A DNA stretch of 64,000 nucleotides, taken from positions 105,337,901 to 105,401,900 of the forward strand of contig NC_068981.1 of assembly GCF_001194135.2 (NCBI RefSeq), written 5' to 3'. This document shows, one piece after another, positions 50,931-63,400 of this stretch. Made by a program: the position numbers and the translations under genes. The notes beneath the pieces were generated by a model that worked only from the letters and a program-made list of their open reading frames with translations, searched no databases and was not told the DNA's origin. The number at the start of each line of letters is the position of its first letter. The stretch's first letter is position 1. Source of the DNA: Octopus bimaculoides. Lineage: Eukaryota.

Positions 50931-51898
50931 TTATCTCTCTCCCAGAAAATTATACCATCTCGACGTTGAAGTAGGAAGAAATGTGTGATGTAAGAGGTGA
51001 AGATCCTTTCGGTATTCTGTATAGTACTATATCTGGTATAATTCTCCACCCGGACATAATCTCTCCGGTCCTTCGAAAACCTTCCATACCTTGCGACGAT
51101 TCAGTGTGTAGTCTATTCTGNNNNNNNNNNNNNNNNNNNNNNNNNNNNNNNNNNNNNNNNNNNNNNNNNNNNNNNNNNNNNNNNNNNNNNNNNNNNNNNN
51201 NNNNNNNNNNNNNNNNNNNNNNNNNNNNNNNNNNNNNNNNNNNNNNNNNNNNNNNNNNNNNNNNNNNNNNNNNNNNNNNNNNNNNNNNNNNNNNNNNNNN
51301 NNNNNNNNNNNNNNNNNNNNNNNNNNNNNNNNNNNNNNNNNNNNNNNNNNNNNNNNNNNNNNNNNNNNNNNNNNNNNNNNNNNNNNNNNNNNNNNNNNNN
51401 NNNNNNNNNNNNNNNNNNNNNNNNNNNNNNNNNNNNNNNNNNNNNNNNNNNNNNNNNNNNNNNNNNNNNNNNNNNNNNNNNNNNNNNNNNNNNNNNNNNN
51501 NNNNNNNNNNNNNNNNNNNNNNNNNNNNNNNNNNNNNNNNNNNNNNNNNNNNNNNNNNNNNNNNNNNNNNNNNNNNNNNNNNNNNNNNNNNNNNNNNNNN
51601 NNNNNNNNNNNNNNNNNNNNNNNNNNNNNNNNNNNNNNNNNNNNNNNNNNNNNNNNNNNNNNNNNNNNNNNNNNNNNNNNNNNNNNNNNNNNNNNNNNNN
51701 NNNNNNNNNNNNNNNNNNNNNNNNNNNNNNNNNNNNNNNNNNNNNNNNNNNNNNNNNNNNNNNNNNNNNNNNNNNNNNNNNNNNNNNNNNNNNNNNNNNN
51801 NNNNNNNNNNNNNNNNNNNNNNNNNNNNNNNNNNNNNNNNNNNNNNNNNNNNNNNNNNNNNNNNNNNNNNNNNNNNNNNNNNNNNNNNAGAGAGATAA

Positions 51899-52015
51899 TT
51901 TTGCGGCTGAGGATAGCTTTACATTGTAGATTATACACATATTATATTATGTTATATTATATTATATTATATTATATTATACACATGTAGAGCTTGAAAC
52001 ACGTGTACCGCGGAA
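51899..52015 (+). ncRNA. Minimal type I hammerhead ribozyme motif (right copy)
   Basis: Stem I TTTTGCGG/CCGCGGAA (8 bp including 2 GU), CUGAGGA at 51907-51913, 9-bp stem II, GAAA at 51996-51999, palindromic stem III ACACGUGU, GUA triplet at 52005-52007. Confidence 0.72.
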
Positions 52016-53182
52016 TCCTTTGTAGTTTTGTTGTTATTTTTTTGTTTTGGATTTACAATTTATTCTTTCACCGCAACCACTAGCTGGAATACACAGGTGC
52101 TTACAATTGTCAAGTATTACCTCTAAATTTCAATTTACCTATATATATATATATATATCTATATATATATATATATATATATATATAGGTGGACCAAATA
52201 TAGTTTAAATGGTAAAGCCAATTAATCCGAAAATAATTAAAAGGATTAGTTGTAAAAATATAGATATGAATAGATAAATACACATGGTAAGAAATCAATA
52301 TAATAGGGGAACAATAAAGTTAGAGTATTTTGAGATATGTGCAAGATATACTGTAAACATAGTATGAATACATAATAAATATGGAGTTTATAATCATATA
52401 ATTCATAAATTGATAAGTCAAGCAATATGAATAAAAAAGGGTAAATATATAAATACAGATATAAACAAACATATATACATGGTAAGGAATAAATATAATG
52501 GGGGAACCATAAAAGGGCTAAAGAGAGTATAGTGTGAGAAAAATGGGTAGATAAGTTGTTAAACAATTTAAACATGCATGTAAGTATAAGGAATAAGAAT
52601 AACTAAAAGATACTATATCGATGTATTAAAATTAAAATCACAAATTTGGTCATGTATGTAGGAGAGACATTGCTTTCATCTATAAAAAGGTTAAAAGTTT
52701 AAATGCAGATATAGCTAACTATATATAAATATATATACATGGTAAAGATTAAGCATAAAATGGGGGGGGGGGTTACATACCATAAAGCAGTAAGGGAAAA
52801 GGGTAAGGAAGCTGTTATATAATTTAAACATGCAGATCATTGATAATTTCACATTTGGATGCTCATGCATCATAATGCTCATTGGTGGCTCTCACTACGC
52901 CTAGGGTTAAACATAGTTCACCTTGTCTGTTTATAAGATTTCCCTTGAAATCATACACTGACTTCATAAACGGTAAAGGTGGAAATTATAAATAATATGG
53001 GTGGCTAATTTGTAATTTTTCAACCTAAGGCAGAAATATATACATCACTAAAGTTATAAAGGGTACTAACCAGCACCAGTATTGCTAGAAATAAGAGTCA
53101 AAACAACTCAATAGCCACAGAATTCACTATTTCAATGATTGACAAGGAAGGCAAGCTATATATATCTATATATATATAGAAA

Positions 53183-53480
53183 TTGGGCCTCACCGAGGCG
53201 ATGACTACGGACCGAGACCTTTGGAAATGGGCTGTGCGTGAGAAGACCCGGCAAGCCAAGTAAGATCGTTGCCAGTGCCCCTGGACTGGTTCTTGTGCGG
53301 GTGGCACATGAGATGCACCATTTTGAGCGTGGCCGTTGCCAGTACCGCCTGACTGGCTCCTGTAGGATTTTCGAGCGAGATCGTTGCCAGTGCCCCTGGA
53401 CTGGCTTGTGCGGGTGGCACATAAAAGACACCATTTCGAGCGTGGCCGTTTTCGTGCGGGTGACACGTAAAAGCACCCAC
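53183..53480 (+). mobile_element. RTE-clade LINE 3' end: ORF C-terminus plus 3'UTR with internal tandem repeats
   Basis: LGLTEAMTTDRDLWKWAVREKTRQAK* (DR..W...V motif), followed by gccagtgcccctggactgg...ggtggcac repeats; truncated by the gap. Confidence 0.8.
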
Positions 53481-53946
53481 NNNNNNNNNNNNNNNNNNNN
53501 NNNNNNNNNNNNNNNNNNNNNNNNNNNNNNNNNNNNNNNNNNNNNNNNNNNNNNNNNNNNNNNNNNNNNNNNNNNNNNNNNNNNNNNNNNNNNNNNNNNN
53601 NNNNNNNNNNNNNNNNNNNNNNNNNNNNNNNNNNNNNNNNNNNNNNNNNNNNNNNNNNNNNNNNNNNNNNNNNNNNNNNNNNNNNNNNNNNNNNNNNNNN
53701 NNNNNNNNNNNNNNNNNNNNNNNNNNNNNNNNNNNNNNNNNNNNNNNNNNNNNNNNNNNNNNNNNNNNNNNNNNNNNNNNNNNNNNNNNNNNNNNNNNNN
53801 NNNNNNNNNNNNNNNNNNNNNNGAGTTATTTTCTTATTGTGCCTTAAAATTTAACACACTCACCGGTAAAATTTCCACTTATTTCTTATTTTTATTTTCC
53901 TAAAATTTTTGTTGTGCCTTGCAACCTTTTCAATAGTCTTGACTCT

Positions 53947-53984
<38 letters not shown>

Positions 53985-54688
53985 TTTCAATCTGGTGACA
54001 GAGGATGAAATATGGTCAGGAAATGAAAATTCAGTCCATTGAAAAGCATTACACCACATCTTCAACATCTAAGAAGTTTAAGAGCCAGCAATTGGCAGAG
54101 GAGTCAGCATACCAATTCAACCACAAATTTACAAACAATGGGAACTCTCTTAACTCAAAAAGTTTTGTTGCTTTGTTCAAATGACTGGCTTGAACTCTCT
54201 TGAGAAGAACTAAATAAAACTCTCAGAAAAACACACATCTACAAGTTCTAGCCACGAAATATTGCATTGTTTAAGTGAATGGTTGATGTTTAGTAGTGGG
54301 ATCGACCTGGGACCATATGAATAAAAAGTGAACTTCTTAATTGCATACTCAGGCTGAGGAGATTTTTTTCAACAAATGCTACGATAGAAACAACTAAAAG
54401 AAAATTCTTAATCTAAGTTATTTAGATTTAGTGAAGCCCTTTGGATGCAGCGTTGCTAAAATGCAAACCATGAAGGATGTACTCATGTCAAATGTGACAG
54501 TTTTAACCCAAGGTTTCATGCAGAATTGTCTCCCATGGACTACTTATGTTGAAAATATAGTGATAATCACACATTTAGGGAAGTGATTTGGTAGTAGCGA
54601 AGGAAATAGTCACATTTGTTTCCTTTCTCAAAACAATTATAAATAATGTTGGTAGCAGTCGGTATTATCAAAGCTTTTATTTTTAAAC

Positions 54689-55133
54689 GGTAATCTTCCA
54701 GTTTCGGGAGGTAAAAAAGTAAATAAAATACAAGGGAAATAACTTAACGTCTTACTAGTATTATCCGTACTACTCTGAAATGTTTTTTTTTTTTAGCTGT
54801 TTATAAATAAAATCACACACGTGATTGAAGTTAACTGTTTATATATAAATCACACACAAGATTGAATATCATAGTACCGGCTGCACAACAACTTATGGTA
54901 ATCTTCCAGTATAGGGAAATAACAGTCAAACTAAAGCGTTTGACCCGAGCTCAAAAATAAAAAAAAATAAATTAGTGTAATAGGTGTAAAACAACTTGCT
55001 GTGAACGAATATGAAGAATGCGCGCTCGCGAACGGGTGGGGTGAGGAGAGTACGGATAATACTAGTAAGACGTTAAGTTATTTCCCTTGTATTTTTATTT
55101 ACTTTTTTTACCTCCCGAAACTGGAAGATTACC
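54689..55133. mobile_element. About 445-bp element with about 85-bp near-perfect inverted arms (MITE-like)
   Basis: 54689-54771 (ggtaatcttccagtttcgggagg...ctagtattatccgtact) mirrors 55049-55133. Confidence 0.8.
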
Positions 55134-58100
55134 ATAAACATATGATGCACTGCTGTTGTTTGTTTGCATGTGCTTCGAGTAACAATTTATAATGAGGAAC
55201 AAACTTATCTAAACGAAGTACAAAATTTTATGATACAAAAACTTTTGAAAGTTTGTAAAGTTTTCTTTTAATTTTTTGGTTCCCAATAAAAATATATATG
55301 AGAAGGGGAAAATTTATTCTGAATTTAGCTTGTATATAGAGGGAAATCAAATCAATAGTCTCCCAACCCTTATCTACCGTGCACAAACACATACGTACCA
55401 ACTGGGTAGTTTGCATCCCATTAGCCCAGCTCCACTCGTCAGAATAATGTATTGTAGAAAATGTGAAAATGTTAATGTAACATGGAAAAATTTGGATCGC
55501 GAGGAACTTGATTTCATGTAACACCGCTACAAGACCGTTACTAACAACAACTCGTTACTGATGTTAAATACAAATTTAGCAATTTGAAAAGTTACTTTTC
55601 AATATATTTAATATCTATAAAACATCGATATTGTTTGTAAAGCAAATAAGTCTCTATTTAGAATATTTTTTTGGTTGTTTCCATGATCAGGGTGAATCGA
55701 AACTTTAGTAAACAAAGAAGCATTCCGGGTAAGTAGAGTCCCTTATTTATAGATGATATGTATACGTACTCAGCTCTGAAGGAGCAAACTTTTAAGACGT
55801 CGGTAGGTTGTGGACCTAATGACTTTCACATTTACAACCATGCATATTTATCGGTCAATATAAAAATCCTCACCCGTTAACGAAAAAACAAACAAACAAC
55901 AGCATGCTGGATGTCAACAACTGATAATGTCAATACCACACACACCACGACATACACTGCTTTATTGGGCATAACTACAGGGTTTTACCCCCCCCCCCCA
56001 GACTTTGGGAGGTCATAACTTTCAGAAAAATGAATATGCCTATTGGGCATAGACATAACTACAGGGTTTTACCCCCCTTGCTTGCCACTGAGCATATTGC
56101 ATTTCATCCAATGCCCACTCAGTCTCTTCCTGGTGTTGTGATTACCACATTTTTTAAATATATTATATTATTTTTCCCCCCTTATCCAATGTATACTTTT
56201 TTTTTACGACCGTAAAGTGTAATTTAGTGGAGTTTCAGCTGCTATTGAATGACTATGTATAGAAGCCCTTGCTTGTTTACCACAATATTCATCTCGATTC
56301 AGCAGGCGTATGATAAAAGGCATTCTAATCATGACCATTCGTAATTTTTAGGGGTGTGTTTTAATGATTTGAGGGAGATTGGACTATTATTTCTGGCTGG
56401 TCAAGTGACTTCATCAAGGTTCATTTTCTCACTGGTTCTGGTGGTGGGCAGTTACCGTTCTTTTGCTCTTGTGGTTGGTTTTGTGCATTTGTTTGAATTT
56501 AGAGGAAGGGGTTATGCTTCCAGACTGGTTAGATCGACGTGACTGATGTTTCTTTTGAATAATTTGCAAGTTAATTGCTGCAGGAAAAACTTAGGCAGAA
56601 AAAGAATTCCAGAGGGATGAAGTTCTGGGAAGGAAGGATTGGATGTAATGGAGCTGGCCTCACAGAATATAAAACAAGACATACAAAAGGAATGATAATA
56701 ATGATATCATTGCCACCCAATATCACTATCTTAGTACCAGGTCATACCACTACAGCTCCATCGATGATGGCACAGACAAAACCTGTAGGGTATATGAACC
56801 TTTGAAGAAACCACCAATCATATCGTATCTAGTTGCCTAGCAGCAATATACTTTCACCTGAAAATCTACAGGGAATACGTCAAAATCTGTTAAAGGGGTT
56901 GATTCCTGATCAATCATTTTTCATTGACATTATTGCTGTAGGTAATTCTTCCTGTCTTGAGTAGTTGTGGCTGGGCGTGGAGATTTTTGGTTCTCATAAT
57001 TTACTCCTAGTAAGAGGATGGGGTATTTAAAAATTTTTTTGTTGACTCATGGGTTTTGTTTGGTGTCACCTTAGGAGTGACAGCCAACCTTCAAGATTTG
57101 TTCTTGTTAGCTTTTTGTGTAGAATTGTTAGAACATCAGAAAAAATACCTTGTGGTATTTGTTCCAGCTCTTTACAATTTAAGTTCAAATCCTACCAAGG
57201 CTAATTTTGCTTTTCATCCATTCAAGGTTGATAAAGTTAAGTACCAGTCAAGTGTCAGGATTGTTGTAATTGACTTACACCTCCCCTCAAAATCTATGGC
57301 TTTGTACCAAAATTAGAAGCAATTATTATTGAAGGTTGTGAATTGGCAGAACCATTACAGAGTCAGACAAATTGCTTTGTGATTTTTCTCCTGGTTCTTT
57401 ACATTCTGAACCGAAATCCCACTAAGGTCAACTTTGCCTTCCATTATTTTGGGCTTGATAAAATAAGATACCTGTCATGTATTGGGGTTGATTTAATCAA
57501 CTTATACCTCTACACTAAATTTCTGGTTTTGAACTTATGTTAGAAACAGTTATATTATCTTTATGTCTCTTATTTTCATCTCATATCACTGGGTTCAAAC
57601 CAAGATTATGCAAGGTAGATATTGCTTTGAGGACAGCTCACTTCATAGCATATAACTCTTGTAGGATAATGCTTTTTGGAATTTTGTTGGTGAATTTTCC
57701 CATTCTCTTGATTAACCCAAGCCATCAGTACCAGTTGATTACTGGGGTCAATGTAATCAACTTAATCCCTCCTTTGAACTTGCTGGCCTTGTGCCAACAT
57801 TTGAAGGCTTGTTGTTGTTGTTGTTCTTGTTCTTCTTCTTCTCAATAATATTAATAAGCTAACTTTTTTGTTTTTGTATGTACCTGTTGTGTGTGTCACA
57901 CTTACTTCAAAGAAGTGGCAAAGCGAGAGAGAGGAGGACAGAGAGGAAGTAAGAGAGAGAGAGTAAGTGAGAGAGAAAGAGACAGTGAGTGGTGACAGTG
58001 ATCATTTTGTGTTTTTAAATGTTTCAGAGAGGACATAAGAGAGAAAGAAAGAGAGTGAGAGAGAGAGAAAGAGAGGGAGTGAAAGAGACAGTGAGTGGTG

Positions 58101-58499
58101 ACAGCGTTCATTTTATGTTTTTAAATGTTTATCACATTGCAAGAGAAGTAGATACATAGATACATATACACATTGTTAAATCAAAAGCAAAAGAGAGGAG
58201 GAATACAAAGGAAGTGAAAGTGAAACAGAGAAAATGAGCAAGACACCAGATACGTAAATCTAAAGGAAAGTTCATACATAGATACATACACACAGCAAAT
58301 AATGGATGTCAATTTCACTTTTCATTACCACACGACGATAAAATTAACTCACAAATGGCTGAGTACTCTACAGACTTGCATAACATTAACGTAGTTCTCA
58401 GGGAGATTCAGCCTCACACAAAATATGACTTACCAGTATTTCATCTGTCTTTATGTTTTGAGTTCAAATGCTTCTGAGGTCAGTGTTTTTCATCCTTTC

Positions 58500-61400
58500 C
58501 AACATCTTCAGTTTGTTGCATGAATTGTTCAGGTAATTCCTTCTATGCCCAACTGTTTGTCCTGCTGTTCTTCTTTCTGGATATTTCTAGCTGCAGATAA
58601 TATTCATTCTTCACCTTACTCAACATAGTTATTCAAACCCAATATTACAGTATTGATGACATCTTCTGTATTGAACAAACCTCAACCTTCTTCCTTTCTT
58701 GGTAAGCAGACCCTCTCAGTATTATTTTTAGGGTGGTGTGTATTGTGAGAATTCTGAGCAGCTGTGTAGTTCTGTCTAATTCCTGTAGTGCTGTCTTTAT
58801 CTATTTTAGAAATGGTACAGAGTGTCTCAATACTGACATGTCTTAACGACATTCTCTCCATTTAGTTTTGTTTCAAGCACCTTCCTAAACCTCCTCACCT
58901 TCAGAGACTTGCTCTCTCATTTTAATTTCTCTTTTAATTACATTATTATTCTGCAACATCCTAAGCACTTGTCTCCTTCATTATCTCTTAGTAATCTAAT
59001 GATACCATCATATGATATCTTTATACCATCAGATTTAATGTCTCAGCCTCTTTCCATAATTAAATTTTTGTACTTAGATATCCCAAACTAGTGTCATGTA
59101 AAAGGCATTTGTGCTGGTGCCTTGTAAAAGCACTCATGCCAGTGCTGTGTAAAAGTACACTCTGTAGAGTGGTTAGTGTTAGGATGGGTATCCAGCTGTA
59201 GAAACCATGCAAGACAGACATGGAGCCTTCGGCTGACCAGCTCCTGTCAAACCATCCAACCCATGTTAGTATAGAAACCGAATGTGCTATTGACACATAA
59301 AAAGCACCCAGCACACTCTGTTAAGCAGTTGGCATTAGGAAGGGCATCCAGCCGTAGAAACTCTGCTTCAGCTAATTGCTAGAGTCTGAACAGCTCCCTG
59401 CTAGTCAGCTCCATGTCAAACCGTCCAACCCATTCCAGCATGGAAAGTGGATGTTAAACAATGATGATGCACACCAATCTCCTTGCAAAATATTTTTACT
59501 CTTTGAATCAGAGAATCCAGGTCTTTCTAATTTTATGTGTACAGTTTGAGGTTATCTGTATATAGCTGGTGATTTATTTTCACCTGGCTTTAACTAGCTC
59601 AGAGGCAGGCCTGGATTTACTCAGTATGCTTATCAGAGGGATTAACTCAGTGATGAAAAGTAGTTAAGAGAGTGAGTCTATCTGAAATATTCCCCTGTGT
59701 ATTTTCATATTTCCACAATGATTCATTTCTATAGTTGAGTTCTACTTCCCATGATCTCATTGTTTTTTTCTAAAAAAAAAAACTGTTAATCTTTTTATTG
59801 ACCCCCAAGTGTCTCCAGGTACTCCAAGGATAAGCAATGTGGAACATGCTTGTAAACTTTCTATCCAATCAAAAGCTAAGATTTTCTTTCTTATTCTTTC
59901 CTCACTTGATATTATGCTGTCAATATGCAACAGATCAACAATTGCATTTAACTTCTTTCTGTATCCCTTTTGCTCCTCTTTGTAAGAGATTCTTCTGAAA
60001 GGTGTACAGTTTATCTGCTATAGAGCCTGTTAATAATTTCCTGAGTTTGATAAAGCATGTAATAGGTTTATAAATTACTGAGTTCCCTCCTCTTTCTTTG
60101 TCCTGTATTTTCACTGGCTTTTCTTTAGCCATCCATGTTAGTGTTACATTTTCTATAGTCAATAAAGAAGGAGTTGTTTATAGCTGTGCATACTTGTAAG
60201 AGTTTAAAGTCAGAATCTCAACACCATCTGATCCAGGAGCTTTCCAACTTGTTATTTTTTTAAATATATTTCCAATTTAGTTTATTATTATCATTGAGTG
60301 AAAGAGCAATGCATGCCATCAAAGTGACACTAGGGTAAAACATATGAAGCCCAGTATGCTCATTATGACTACCAGGCACATGTATTACAACCATATGTAT
60401 GGTGATTGCATATCAAGATAAACAGCGCATGACCTTACAGGTGACCCAGTTAGAATTTTCTTCAGATTGAGTAGCCCATCTTGCTCAAAAGGTCCCTGAA
60501 TAAGGTTTGTTTAAGGATGTTGAATGAAACACCCATGTTTCCAGAGGTGAATTATTCAAACCCCAAAGAATTCCTCTCAACACACGGCTATGATGCTCCC
60601 TACCTACACCTGCTCATGATAAGAGATGCTCATATCATCATCTACTAAGGGACATGCTTAACTGGTTAAAGTCAAACAACTGACTAGCAAATCTCTAGTA
60701 TTGAGCAGAATACTAGCCCATCTTTTACACCAAGACAAAACATGTATATGATAACACTTCCAATCAGTTATATTGAGAAGCCACGAGAGCCACTACCTGG
60801 TACTGCATCAGGGCATTTATTATTTTTTCATATACACACAACAGATTAGACTGTTGGAAAAGAAAAAAAAAATCCTAACATTGAGCTACTGGTAACCCTA
60901 AATACCAAGAACCCTCTGAACAACACTGTTTTCTGGAGCTGTACTTAACTGGGTTTTATGCCTATTTCCTCTATCCATCTGTTCAAATCTTTAGGGATAG
61001 TACCCAATGCACCTACAACTACTGGGATACATTTTACCTGCACTTTCCATTGTAATTCAATGGCTAGGGCCTGGTACTTTGCTATTTTTTCTATAACTCT
61101 CATGTTGATTTTTATCATCATTTGAGACTGTAAAGTCAGTTATCTGGCATTTTCTATTCTCTTTATTTACTACTAAATCAGACCGTCCAGCTTCTATTAC
61201 TCTGTCGGTCTGAATGTTAAAGTCCCAAAACGTCTTGTATTTCTTACTTTCTAGTACTTTACTAGGTTCATGTTCATACCATTTATCACTATGTTCAAAT
61301 CCTAGCTTTCTACACAACTCTCGGCAGATTACTCTCCCCAGGTTGACATGTATTTTCTTGTATTTTTTCTTTGCCAGAATGTTACATTCACTTACTATAT

Positions 61401-63010
61401 GAGTAATGCTTTCCTCTTTTGATTTGTATAACCTACATTGGGAATCTACTTGGTTTTTGTCTGTCTTGGCTTTTATCCATTAATGCTTGATCTTGTGCAG
61501 CTACTAACAAACTTTCTGTCTCCCTTTTCAGCTTTCTTTTCTGCAACCATAACCATGTCTCACTACTACTATTTGCTGCAACTATCTTGGGGAATCTACC
61601 ATGCAACGCCTTCTGCCAGTCAAATAATTTCTGTTCTTGTTTTTGGTTTTCATCTTTGTTTGGGTTTTTGGTTTCCCTGTCTTGCTGTGGCTAGCAACTT
61701 TTAATAAATTTTCTTCACTGTTACCTACATAGGAGTTACATCTACTCTAACTCCACAAAGTGTTCTACTAATATTAACCTGCTTCCACCTTCCTGTCTAG
61801 GTAAGTATAATCTTGCTACTGCTGGTCTTGGGTGGAGTCCTCCATTCATATTGAATTCCTTCCTAGTTCTGTCTAACTTGATAATTCAGTTTTTGTCTAA
61901 TCTACAAAAGCTGCTGAATATCTAAGTACTGATACTGCCCAAGTATTTACAGCCTTCACTAGATTTAGACCATTTAGCTTTGACTTCATTAGCTCTCTCA
62001 CCCTTCTGATGTTCTCCTTAATTTTCATTTTCATTTCTGTAGTTAGTACTCTGTCAGATTCTAATACTCCTAGATACTTATAACTCTCTCCTCCTTTCAA
62101 TGATTGTAATGTCTGGTCATCTGGTAATTAGATGCCTTTATTATTATTATTATTATTATTATTATATCATGAAAAATCTCAGCTTTATTTTGCTGGGTAT
62201 GATAGAAAGTATCAACTGCCCACAGCCAGCAAACTAAGGTGACATTTGTTTACTTCAAGAACCCTGCAGAAGAATCTTGCAGTTCCAAGCAATGATGATT
62301 TTTGTAGATGTTCCATCTTTACATTCATTCCAATCTTTTTGAGTCACGTTGATAGATGGGTACTTATGCTTCCAAGTGCACCAATCACTATTGTTATCAT
62401 GTTCATTTTCTTCATTGCTCACAACCTATATATTTCTCACTTTAATTCATCATAATTGTTCACCTTTTCTTCTTCTTTTTCTCCCATCCTGTTGTCACCA
62501 GAACATGCTATGTCAGTTATCAGGCATGTTTTTTTCTTTTTTGTTCACTACAACGTCAGGTTTCTGATGTTTAATCTGGTGGTCAAACTGAATCATTGCA
62601 TCTCACAGGATTTTGCAGTCTTCATTCTCATTAACTCAGTCTGGGATTTTGTCATACCACATATTTGAGCTTTCTAGATCATAATTTCCATACAGCTCCC
62701 AATGGATCGTTCTTGCCACATTGTCATGTCACCTTTTGTGTTTATGTTGTATCAATTTCAGGTGTTCGTTAACAATGTGCCACACTATTTCAACCCTCTC
62801 ACCACTCATTCTGCATTTGTTGCTCTCGGTTGTGTTATCAATTCTGCACTTCACATAGTTTGCCCTCAATGCTTGTTCTTATGCTGTACATATAAGTGCA
62901 TGTTTCAATCTTCAAGTTACTCCTCTGCATCCATAACCACCAGCCTTCTGTATCTGGCTTTGCACTTGTATCTCTTGCAAACTGAATGTACATATTTTCC
63001 ATCCCATGCC
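58500..63010 (-). mobile_element. Cluster of R4/Dong-like LINE fragments from several copies (about 58500-58850, 59930-60260, 60880-61615, 61880-62100, 62200-63010)
   Basis: WKAPGSDG and YKPITC..KLLTG (RT N-terminal part), YKYLGVLE...KLNG.NLVKAVNTWAVSVLRYSA (RT thumb), WDFNIQTDRVIEAGRSD and IVIGALG (endonuclease). Confidence 0.8.
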
Positions 63011-63014
63011 ATGA

Positions 63015-63400
63015 GAGTTTTTCTAAATTTATCAAATCTGTGTCCTTCACAGTTGTGAGATAAGCCCAAACCATTGTCACAGTATAGACCAATATTATGG
63101 GATGAGAACTTGGATCTCAGTTTATCTAATATATAAAGACCCACAAGATCATAAATGTCAGCAGATCACAGATGTTGAACAGGAGAACACTACTCTCTCT
63201 GGATTGAGCATGCTGTCTCACTGACTTTAACCTTCTCCCCATTGGTTAATTATAAAGGGGATGCAACACTTGATTATCTTTTCCTTTCTCTCTTTTCCCC
63301 CATTATCTATTTATCTTTTGTTTTCTTATTCTGTCTTCTTTCATTTCACCATTTGTATTCACTCTTTTCTTGCTTTTTCTTGTGTTTACTCGTAGACCAG
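63015..63400 (-). mobile_element. PLE reverse transcriptase remnant of the GLYRDDGL (Naiad/Chlamys-like) type
   Basis: SADIYDLVGLYILDKLRSKFSSHNIGLYCDNGLG...FDKFRKTL, compared with the recalled consensus GAEICELVGLYIL..L....GLYRDDGL......D.IRK. Confidence 0.6.

Noticed and set aside
48600-53170. Possible mitochondrial insertion (NUMT), suggested by AT richness and strand skew
   Set aside because: I could not recognise any mitochondrial protein, rRNA or tRNA in either orientation.
34801-53903. Long ORFs of 125-305 aa containing X runs
   Set aside because: Artefacts of reading through N gaps.
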